Part shown: positions 19,047 through 26,430 of the stretch, piece by piece
How the letters are laid out: the number at the start of each line of letters is the position of its first letter
How positions within the stretch are numbered: the stretch's first letter is position 1
DNA from: Thermotogota bacterium
Lineage (GTDB): Bacteria; Bipolaricaulota; Bipolaricaulia; UBA7950; UBA9294
Direction of reading: 5' to 3'
Length of the DNA stretch: 28,450 bases
Assembly: GCA_039679545.1 (NCBI GenBank)
Contig: JBDKUT010000150.1
Location: 1-28,450, forward strand
Position numbers and translations under genes: made by a program
Notes under the pieces: model-generated
The model's input: the letters and a program-made list of their open reading frames with translations, nothing else
What the model was told of the DNA's origin: nothing
Databases searched by the model: none

Positions 19047-19877
19047 CTAGTGCGAACTAATGTCGTGCGCGGTGACGTCGGGATGGCGGTAGCGGTAGTC
19101 TGAGCTGGCGAGCGGCCCGTGGATGGCGTTCGCGGGACACCAGTTGAAACAGGCGAGGCAGTTCTCGCAGCGGTTCTGCCAGATCGGCTTCTTGTTCACG
19201 ATCTCGATATTGCCGACAGGGCAGACCCGGGCGCACGTCCCGCACCCGTTGCACTTCGCGTCGACCGTGAACGAGCTTCCGCAGAGCGGCATGAGCTGCT
19301 CGACCGTGAGCCCCGAGGGGGAGGGAGTGCTCGAGGCTTTCTCCAGGGCCAGAGACGTCATGTGCCGGATCCATCCCTGGAACGGCGTCATGATTGCCTG
19401 GATGACCACGTTGGAGTAGAAGACCCCCGTCCTTCTTGCCTCGACCGATCGGACGATGAAGTCGATCCTCTTCAGTGCCTGCCTGTAGGCCAGCGACTTG
19501 ATCTCCCAGGGCTTGTGGAACGCGTTCTGCGGCATGTGGATCCCGAAGCCCGCCGACAGCCCTGCTCCGCGCGATCTCAGGATGCCGTCCAGCGTCTTGA
19601 ACGAGTCGCCGGCCCCTCCTCCGTAGTTGCAGACGGCGAAGATGTACTTCCCTTCCGTGTTGCCGAGCTTCTCCGCGAAGCGCCGGACGATGTTGGGAGC
19701 GTCAGCGTAGTAGACCGGGAATGTGATGCCTATCACATTCGCGTCTGGCTCGATCGTCTCCCTGTCGGCCACCGAGGCGATCGGGATCAGCTCGCCGTGC
19801 AGCCGCCCGGCGATGCCCCTTGCGACGATCAATGAGTTCCCCGTTCCGGAGAAGTAGTACACCTCGGCCTTTCTCAT
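19047..19877 (-). CDS. EFR1-family protein: flavodoxin-like domain + 2x[4Fe-4S] ferredoxin (276 aa)
   Basis: YYFSGTGNS, FPVY, MPQN, CNGCGTCARVCP and CENCLACFNWCP; GGAGG RBS. Confidence 0.92.
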   Translation of the reverse strand: MRKAEVYYFSGTGNSLIVARGIAGRLHGELIPIASVADRETIEPDANVIGITFPVYYADAPNIVRRFAEKLGNTEGKYIFAVCNYGGGAGDSFKTLDGILRSRGAGLSAGFGIHMPQNAFHKPWEIKSLAYRQALKRIDFIVRSVEARRTGVFYSNVVIQAIMTPFQGWIRHMTSLALEKASSTPSPSGLTVEQLMPLCGSSFTVDAKCNGCGTCARVCPVGNIEIVNKKPIWQNRCENCLACFNWCPANAIHGPLASSDYRYRHPDVTAHDISSH

Positions 19878-19981
19878 GACTATCCTCCGCAAGTTCAAAG
19901 TCACAGACTACAGCCCTGGCGGGAGATACGGTATCCGTCTCCGGGAACCTTCGGCTTGTCACTACTGGCAGGCTTCAACCA

Positions 19982-20025
19982 CCTGCCTCCGGTCCTTGAC
20001 AGCCCTGCCTCCGGTCCTTGACAGC
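19982..20025. repeat. Perfect 22-bp tandem duplication CCTGCCTCCGGTCCTTGACAGC
   Basis: Identical copies at 19982-20003 and 20004-20025. Confidence 0.95.
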
Positions 20026-20161
20026 AAGGAGCAGAACCCGACCCCATCCCCCCTGATGCAGCACGGGTCCACCGCATATCTGATCGACTCCAAGGTGGGC
20101 GCCTACTCCGACGCTCTGGTATGCTATCATTATCTCACCCAGACACAGAGGAGGGATTACC

Positions 20162-20317
20162 ATGGAAGACAAAGCACAGAACGAAGTAGCGCCGCAGTCC
20201 TCAGAATTGAAATGCGCACACTGTGGCACCAAGCTGCCGCAGGTCACGTATAGGTGCACGAAGTGCGGCTACAGGGTCTGCAAGAAATGCGGCGAAGGCA
20301 ACTGCCCGAAGCCGTGA
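20162..20317 (+). CDS. Cys-rich zinc-finger-like microprotein (51 aa), absent from the ORF track
   Basis: GAGGAGG RBS; upstream TGcTATCAT extended -10; three CxxC motifs plus a terminal CP; double stop TGATAG. Confidence 0.75.
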   Translation: MEDKAQNEVAPQSSELKCAHCGTKLPQVTYRCTKCGYRVCKKCGEGNCPKP

Positions 20318-20382
20318 TAGGAGGAGAGGGCGGGATCTTCACGACATGAAGCAGGATTCGACCTCACAGCCCTGAAGACAGC

Positions 20383-20754
20383 TCAGCCTATGTAGGCAAA
20401 CGACTGGGGTGCACGGAATCCGTCAAACACCTCTTCCGGATCCACGGGCTCAGCGTACTTCGTATAGCTATCGACCTTCAGAGCGTAGCCGTTTGTACAC
20501 CCGGCGAAGTAGTGGGAAAACTGCTCATACGTGATACCGCCCTCTGCAGCAGTTGCTAGCCACAGCTTATCCGGATGGTCGGACAGGACTTCGCCCAGCT
20601 GGAACTCACCCACGAGCTTCCTCATCGGGCTTGAGGCGTACAGGACGACGCAGGTCACTTCTTGTCTAAATACTCGCCGTCTGTACTCAAACCGTTTCTC
20701 ACCATCGAGAATCCTGGCCGCATGCTCAGGCCTAATTGACAACAAGACTCGCAT
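20383..20754 (-). CDS. ASCH (PUA-like) domain protein (123 aa)
   Basis: LLSIRPEHAARILDGEKRFEYRR (GxKxxExR), YASSP..LVGEF and APQSFAY. Confidence 0.9.
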   Translation of the reverse strand: MRVLLSIRPEHAARILDGEKRFEYRRRVFRQEVTCVVLYASSPMRKLVGEFQLGEVLSDHPDKLWLATAAEGGITYEQFSHYFAGCTNGYALKVDSYTKYAEPVDPEEVFDGFRAPQSFAYIG

Positions 20755-21787
20755 CGACTCCTCCGAGTTTCAGGATCGCCTCTAGCTGTTGGTCGGTCAA
20801 CTCAAGGAACCCTGGGTAGGCGTCCCTGGCGACACCCACATCCTCGACAAGCGTTTTTCGGATCAGCCGCTTGGTAAGGGCTGCATTGTAGAGCATTCTG
20901 ACTACGACCATCTCCTGCTGTCTCACAGCGTCCCACATGCTGAGGAGCTCCCCGCGGTCGAAAACGCTTGCCTTCTCGGAGTACTCGAGGAACTCATCTC
21001 GGCTGACAAACGACCTCTTGAACCGGATGTCCTCTGCAGTGCAGATCGAGGTCACGACCGACCGATACTCCGCTGGTCCTCTGCTGTCTGAGGTTCGATA
21101 GATCACGAGGAGGTCACCTGGGCTCACCTCGCTCGCGTCCATGAAGCAGATATAGCACTTGTCAATACTGTTCGTATGTGCTACGTCTGCCACGACGTCA
21201 TAGCTCTCACTGGCCAGGATGGAGTCCGGGAACAGCTGCGTATGCCACTTCGGCTGGATGGGAAGAATGAACTTCCGGTTGCCAAGGATCCGGAAGCGTG
21301 GGTAGTCGAGTCGGGGAGAACCTGTTAGGGAACTGAGCGATTTCACGAGCACGACCTCAGTGCCGTTCGCCGAGGTCTTGGCTCCGTACTGAGTGAAGCC
21401 AAACTCTTGGAGTAGAGCAATCAGTGTGAAGTGCTTTGGGAAGACCGTGATGTAGAGCTCGGTGACCCCTTCGGAGATCGCGTGATCGAGTGCCTTCTTG
21501 ATGAAGCGTTGCCCGAGTCGCGACCCGTGCGCATCGATCTTCAGGGTGCCCACTTTCAGGCGGCGCGCGGCAGGCATCTGTGGCTCGACGTCGGTGACCG
21601 GCCCGCTCTCCAGCTTGAGGTACATGAAACCGAGCAGCGTGGCTTCGTCCTGCATGACGTATGCCTGCTCCTTGCCCTTCGTGCGGAACCAGTCAGCGAA
21701 CTCCAGGTAGTCCCGCTTGAGGCTATCGAAGAATGCACTCTTGATATCCACCTCCGCAAACCGCACGCGTTCAAGCCTTGCCGTCAT
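20732..21787 (-). CDS. GNAT acetyltransferase fused to a PUA/EVE-like domain (351 aa)
   Basis: FFDSLKRDY.EF..WF, LKVGTLKIDAHGSRLGQRF, LYITVFPKH..LI.LL.EFGF; C-terminal PI.P.WHT.LFPD, NSI.K.YI and PGDLLVIYRT; GGAGGGAGAAGG RBS. Confidence 0.85.
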   Translation of the reverse strand: MTARLERVRFAEVDIKSAFFDSLKRDYLEFADWFRTKGKEQAYVMQDEATLLGFMYLKLESGPVTDVEPQMPAARRLKVGTLKIDAHGSRLGQRFIKKALDHAISEGVTELYITVFPKHFTLIALLQEFGFTQYGAKTSANGTEVVLVKSLSSLTGSPRLDYPRFRILGNRKFILPIQPKWHTQLFPDSILASESYDVVADVAHTNSIDKCYICFMDASEVSPGDLLVIYRTSDSRGPAEYRSVVTSICTAEDIRFKRSFVSRDEFLEYSEKASVFDRGELLSMWDAVRQQEMVVVRMLYNAALTKRLIRKTLVEDVGVARDAYPGFLELTDQQLEAILKLGGVDASLVVN

Positions 21788-22592
21788 CGCCTTCTCCCTC
21801 CTTGATTCCTTGTGGATAGAGCGGACTCCGGAACTGATTCACGGCCAACCATTCCAGATACCTGTCGATTGACGGTGCCCCCATGTCGATCGCGTACTCA
21901 TCACCGAAGAGTGCCAGGATGAAGAATAGCGAGTTCGCGTCGGTGAGCACGAATGTCCACTCGTGCAGTACCTGATACTGAGGCTGACCAGGCACGCCGA
22001 AGATTCGGTGCGGGGGATACAACCTCCGCGAGTGATACGGCCACGTCTCTGGGCCACCGCGGCGTGCATAGACGCGCAGCGGGTCCAGTTCGCGCATGCG
22101 CGCCATCCCGGCAAGTTCACTGCTTACGGCGAGTAAGCGCTGAGCCAGCGCCTCAATTGCCGTCTTGGCGAGAAACCTGGACATCTCGCCCTCTTCTGGC
22201 CAGTCCACCTTGGGAAATACAAGCATTCCCCGTGGGCGGGAGCGGAGGGCCTCTACCCAGCGAGACTCATCCTTCTCCCGTAGCGCTAGCACGGAGAAGC
22301 CCCCGGACTTGAGATCGGGAGCGATCTGAACCGGGACCAGGCTCTCTCGGTGGATGGCCGTGATCCGCGGAGGTCTTCCTCGCTTGGTGGGAATGGCAAG
22401 TCCTACTACTCGCTCACGAACGTACAGCGACTCCACGAGAGGTTTCTCGACCTCTCGAGAGAAGTAGTTGTTGCATGTGTCGCATACCACTCCCGGAGGC
22501 AGGACGTGTTCGATATTGCCCAATGATTGCGGGATTACGTGTTCCGCAGAAACGCAGTCATCACTAGGGCACCTGCAGAAAACACATTCCAT
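21771..22592 (-). CDS. HNH endonuclease (HNH_5-like) with a C-terminal domain (273 aa)
   Basis: CVFC, EHVIPQSLGN and VCDTCNNYFS; likely start is ATG 22592, as the upstream part of the track ORF is antisense to another gene. Confidence 0.85.
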   Translation of the reverse strand: MECVFCRCPSDDCVSAEHVIPQSLGNIEHVLPPGVVCDTCNNYFSREVEKPLVESLYVRERVVGLAIPTKRGRPPRITAIHRESLVPVQIAPDLKSGGFSVLALREKDESRWVEALRSRPRGMLVFPKVDWPEEGEMSRFLAKTAIEALAQRLLAVSSELAGMARMRELDPLRVYARRGGPETWPYHSRRLYPPHRIFGVPGQPQYQVLHEWTFVLTDANSLFFILALFGDEYAIDMGAPSIDRYLEWLAVNQFRSPLYPQGIKEGEGDDGKA

Positions 22593-22883
22593 GGGTTCAG
22601 CGGATTCTTGCCTATGGCGACACTCGGAGTCAAGCGATGTTCGTCCACGGCCGCGATCTGCGGTTTGGGCGCGAGTGGTGTGGTCAGACGCTGGGTGGGG
22701 CTGTTTCTGTTCGGTTCCGACGGCGGGGGCATACCCTGTCACGCGAACGCAGCGGCTTGGTCGAGTGGCGCGGGCGCCGCTGGACTGCGGAAGGCTGCCA
22801 TGTCGCACGCACGCCATGTGCAGTACTTCGCCGAGGAACTCATCTCTTGCCGGGGAGTGGCGTTCCCCGTACGATCGCTCACG

Positions 22884-23669
22884 ATGGCCATCGAGTTCAC
22901 TTTCCGCATCACCAAGGACGAGATCCGCGTTCGGGACAAGGAGACGGGGTTTGACCGCGCGCTCGTGAACCGTGTGGGAGCCCACGACAAGCGGGGGATC
23001 ATCGTTTCCCTGGGTGAGCCGGAGGACAAGGCGAAGGCGCGTCTGGGCGCGTGGTACCTGGAGCACGCGAGCGAGGTTCGCTTCGCGACGCTCTTTGGCG
23101 CAGAGGGTCCGGATCTCCGCTACGAGATCCGATTGCTCGAGTACCTGACGCGGCAGCTCCATCGCCAGTCGCAGGAGAGCCGGCGGTTTGGGCACATGAC
23201 GGCGAAGTTCGCAAGCGCCTTCGACTACGTGCTCGAGATCCCGGGCTACGAGGCGTTCCCCGAAGAGCGTCGCCACGCGCTCGAGGAGAGCATTCAAGCG
23301 CACCTGCGACTTCGACGGCTTCTGATCAACGGGCGCGAGGTGCAGATCTCGAAGGCGCGGAGGACAACCGATCACTGGCTGCGGCGCCTCTTCGTGTGGG
23401 TGGTCCCCGTCGCGGCGACGATGGCCGGCTATGCGACGGTTCCAACGACGGTCCTCGAGAACCGTCTCTACCTCTTCCTCTATCTCCTAGCCATTGCACT
23501 TGCCTTCTACTACGGCGGCAAGGTCTTGTGGATGCTGTGCGCCCGTCGGCTCGTCCCGCCCACGTACCGCCTACGCATGCTCCAAGGCCTGCGCTATCGT
23601 CTGCCGCTGATTGACAAGTGGTTGGCGAAGGTCTTGTGGGGAGCGACCGAAACGAGCCCGCGTACCTAG
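22884..23669 (+). CDS. Hypothetical protein with two C-terminal TM helices (261 aa)
   Basis: TTGCCG-N17-TACGAT (22847-22875) lies 8 nt before ATG 22884; protein-like composition from MAIEF onward. Confidence 0.7.
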   Translation: MAIEFTFRITKDEIRVRDKETGFDRALVNRVGAHDKRGIIVSLGEPEDKAKARLGAWYLEHASEVRFATLFGAEGPDLRYEIRLLEYLTRQLHRQSQESRRFGHMTAKFASAFDYVLEIPGYEAFPEERRHALEESIQAHLRLRRLLINGREVQISKARRTTDHWLRRLFVWVVPVAATMAGYATVPTTVLENRLYLFLYLLAIALAFYYGGKVLWMLCARRLVPPTYRLRMLQGLRYRLPLIDKWLAKVLWGATETSPRT

Positions 23670-23706
23670 CTCGCCCGCCTACCTCGCGGTTTCTCATGGC
23701 CTCGTT

Positions 23707-24135
23707 CTAGAGGCGTCCCAGGAGTTCGAGCGTCCTTCGGTCCGGCACGCCAGCGAAGCAGCGGTCGATTGCCTCCGCGAACGCCTCTGCTCCGTGCGAG
23801 CACTGCGCGAAGAGGGTCATCGACGATCGGAACTTCATCCAATCCGGATTGCCGAAGATCGCCTGAGGGTCTGGATTCGGGATCGCGAGAACGAGCCGAG
23901 TGCACCCGACAAGCCGCGGCCCAAGGATCTCATGGGCCAAGTAGCGCTCCGCTCGAGGCACGGAGTCGAGCGCGTAGCGCTCAGCCATCGCGCTGCGCCC
24001 GAGCCCGCGGAGCTGCGGGAAGATGAACCACATCCAGTGCGTCTGCTTCCGTCCCTCCGCCAGTTCTCGCAGCACCTGGCCGTAGACAGGCTCCTGCGCA
24101 CTGACGAAGTGGGCGAATTCCGTCGCGTGGGTCAT
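23707..24135 (-). CDS. DUF1810 family protein (142 aa)
   Basis: FVSAQ, ELAEGRKQTHWMWFIFPQLRGLGRS, YLAHEILGPRL and KFRSSMTLF. Confidence 0.9.
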   Translation of the reverse strand: MTHATEFAHFVSAQEPVYGQVLRELAEGRKQTHWMWFIFPQLRGLGRSAMAERYALDSVPRAERYLAHEILGPRLVGCTRLVLAIPNPDPQAIFGNPDWMKFRSSMTLFAQCSHGAEAFAEAIDRCFAGVPDRRTLELLGRL

Positions 24136-24382
24136 TGCGCCCGATTGTCGCTCGCACCAACGACAATGTGGAGTTCTTGAGTGCCGTGCCGGCGATCGAA
24201 ACCAGGTCGCCGGGCCGAGCGCCTCACCGCAGGCAACCGGTGTCCCCTCGTCCGAGGCCGTGCGGGGTCGCGTCGGGCGCGGGGATCCGCGACAAACGAG
24301 ACAGCCCTGGAAGCAGCCACTGCCTCCGCCAAGGCAGAACCCCGCAGACGAGACGGGAGTTGGCTTCAAAGGAGGGGTTGTC

Positions 24383-24547
24383 ATGAATAAGGAGCCGCTT
24401 CAAGCGACCGCACGCGACGCGTGTGGGAGAGCCGACACGACATCGACGCATCGGCCGGAACGAGGTGCGTGGCTGATCCGCGCTGCCGCGGTGGTGTACC
24501 TCATCGCCACCGCAATCATCGCGTACTGCGTTCTTTCGGCAGTTTGA
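24383..24547 (+). CDS. Small protein with a C-terminal TM helix (54 aa)
   Basis: AAAGGAGG RBS before ATG 24383; ends WLIRAAAVVYLIATAIIAYCVLSAV. Confidence 0.55.
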   Translation: MNKEPLQATARDACGRADTTSTHRPERGAWLIRAAAVVYLIATAIIAYCVLSAV

Positions 24548-24673
24548 GCCGCCCGTCTGGACTTCGGATTGTCGCCTAGAGTCGCGAGACTGAGTTGTCT
24601 AACCTGCGTGCCTCGCCCGTACAACTGCAGGACTTGATACCATCGGCGTTGTGCTGAGCAGGAAGGAGGCGGC

Positions 24674-25573
24674 TTGAGTCGACGAGGGGCGCTGGCCTGT
24701 ATCGTGAGCGCTTTCGTGTTCTGCGTGGGAGCGGTGGCCGCACCGACGGGATGGATCCTGTTCGAGTCGGAGCGCAGCGGCGGCCTCGACATCTTCGCCG
24801 TTCGGCCGGATGGGTCCGAACTGCGGCAACTCACCGCGAACGCAGGGGCGAACTCCTCTCCGTGCGTGTCTCCCGACGGCACCACGATCGCATTCACGTC
24901 GACCCGCGACGGGAACAGTGAGATGTACCTCATGAACCTGGACGGCAGCGAGCCCAGGCGTCTAACGAACACGGCCGCCGACGAGTCCTACCCGTCGTGG
25001 TCTCCCGACGGTACACAGATCGTCTGTTCGCAGCACGATTCCCACGACGCGGAGATCTGCCTCGTGGACGTCTCCACCGGCGAGACGCGGAAGATCACCG
25101 ACAACGACGTCGACGACTGGGCCCCGAGCTGGTCTCCAACCGGCGACCGCATCGCGTTCGCGCGCGGCGCGTTCCCGAACATCTGTATCTGCGTCATGGC
25201 TCCCGACGGTACCGGGTTGGTCACCCTGACAGCCTGTTCCGGGTACCGCGGTGCGCCCGAGTGGTCGCCCGATGGGGCGTGGATCGCGTACTACCAGGAG
25301 GTCGCGGCCGGCAACACAGAGATCTTCATCATGGCCGCCGACGGATCGAACCCTCGCCGTATGACGAGTCACCCGCAGCCCGACGAGTTCCCCGTTTGGT
25401 CGCCCGACGGCGCCTACCTCGCGTTCGCCTCACTCCGCGCTGATGGGTACGCCGACGTCTACGTCGTGAGCGTCGCGAGTCCACTCACCGAGATCCGGAG
25501 CGTGTCCCCGGCGCCGCGGGGATGGGATTGCCCCGGAGCGTGGATCGCCGACGGCTCCGCGCCGACATCCTAG
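24674..25573 (+). CDS. Secreted TolB-like PD40 beta-propeller protein (299 aa)
   Basis: Five SPDG/SPTG repeats; signal peptide; AAGGAGG RBS before TTG. Confidence 0.9.
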   Translation: MSRRGALACIVSAFVFCVGAVAAPTGWILFESERSGGLDIFAVRPDGSELRQLTANAGANSSPCVSPDGTTIAFTSTRDGNSEMYLMNLDGSEPRRLTNTAADESYPSWSPDGTQIVCSQHDSHDAEICLVDVSTGETRKITDNDVDDWAPSWSPTGDRIAFARGAFPNICICVMAPDGTGLVTLTACSGYRGAPEWSPDGAWIAYYQEVAAGNTEIFIMAADGSNPRRMTSHPQPDEFPVWSPDGAYLAFASLRADGYADVYVVSVASPLTEIRSVSPAPRGWDCPGAWIADGSAPTS

Positions 25574-25748
25574 AGAGGGCTGCCTGCCCCCGCCGCTCGT
25601 CTGGCGCAGCTGAACCCAACCATTGGGCGGCAGGAAGCCGGCTTGCACGGGATCCTCACGTTCCAGTACGGTTGCCGAGACAGCCAACACTCGTGCGGCG
25701 ATGCTTGCCGGTCCCCCCACGGCGGTCACAGCGGGAGGTCACGATCTG

Positions 25749-26405
25749 ATGAAGTCGAATGCCGAGATCGTCCGCGAAGTCCTCGAGCAGGTCGTCAATA
25801 GGAAGAAGATCGATGCCTGGGATCTGTACTTCAGCCAGGACTACGTCGCGCGGGGAGCCCCATTCATCGGCATGGGTTTCTCTAGAGACGCCGCAGGGAA
25901 CAAGCACGTCATCAGCGCCATCACCCCCGGCAGTCCTGCGGAGGGGAAGCTCCAAGTGGGAGATGAACTCCTCTGGGTGGAGGATGAACGCCAGCGCTGG
26001 GCTACCTACGAGGACATCTCGCAGGGCCTCCAGTGCTACCGGGGCAGTACGCTCAAGCTGGGCGTACGCCGAGGCAAAGAGACCCTCGAGGTAGAACTGA
26101 CCCGAGGCCCCATCCGGGGCTTCGACACCGACTGCGCTCAGGCGAAGTCGGAGATGCGCAAGTTCATGACGAACGAGATCCCCGACTTGAGAGTCGACGT
26201 CAAGCTGACTCTCGCAGATGGGGACAAGGTTGCCTGTCTCATGGAGTATCGCGGCACCCACGCTACCTACAAGCGCGAGGCGCTCTGGAGAGAGATCTGG
26301 GTTGTACGCCTCTCGGAAGGCAAGATCGTCGAGAGCTGGCCTCTTCCCGATGTAGATGCCTACTTGAGGCAGCTCGGCTACCAGAGCATTCCGCCCAGCC
26401 CCTGA
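25749..26405 (+). CDS. SnoaL-like (ester cyclase/NTF2) protein with an inserted PDZ domain (218 aa)
   Basis: SnoaL N-part NAEIVRE..EQVVN..YFSQDYV; PDZ FIGMGF..VISAITPGSPAEG.LQVGDELL; SnoaL C-part PDL...ADGDKV..RGTH..RLSEGKIVESW...QLG; GGGAGG RBS. Confidence 0.8.
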   Translation: MKSNAEIVREVLEQVVNRKKIDAWDLYFSQDYVARGAPFIGMGFSRDAAGNKHVISAITPGSPAEGKLQVGDELLWVEDERQRWATYEDISQGLQCYRGSTLKLGVRRGKETLEVELTRGPIRGFDTDCAQAKSEMRKFMTNEIPDLRVDVKLTLADGDKVACLMEYRGTHATYKREALWREIWVVRLSEGKIVESWPLPDVDAYLRQLGYQSIPPSP

Positions 26406-26430
26406 GGCATTCAGGGCGTACTCCGCGCAA

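Noticed and set aside
19982..20025. 22-bp repeat as a CRISPR remnant
   Set aside because: Two abutting copies with no spacer and no cas genes
22593..23375. 534-aa HNH fusion suggested by the ORF track
   Set aside because: The upstream part is antisense to the 22884-23669 gene; the domain starts at MECVFC
24594..24656. GTCTAAC...GTTGTGC as an attC site
   Set aside because: R boxes are not complementary beyond AAC/GTT and there is no internal palindrome
24674..25573. Naming the PD40 protein tolB
   Set aside because: No TolB N-terminal domain and no tol-pal context
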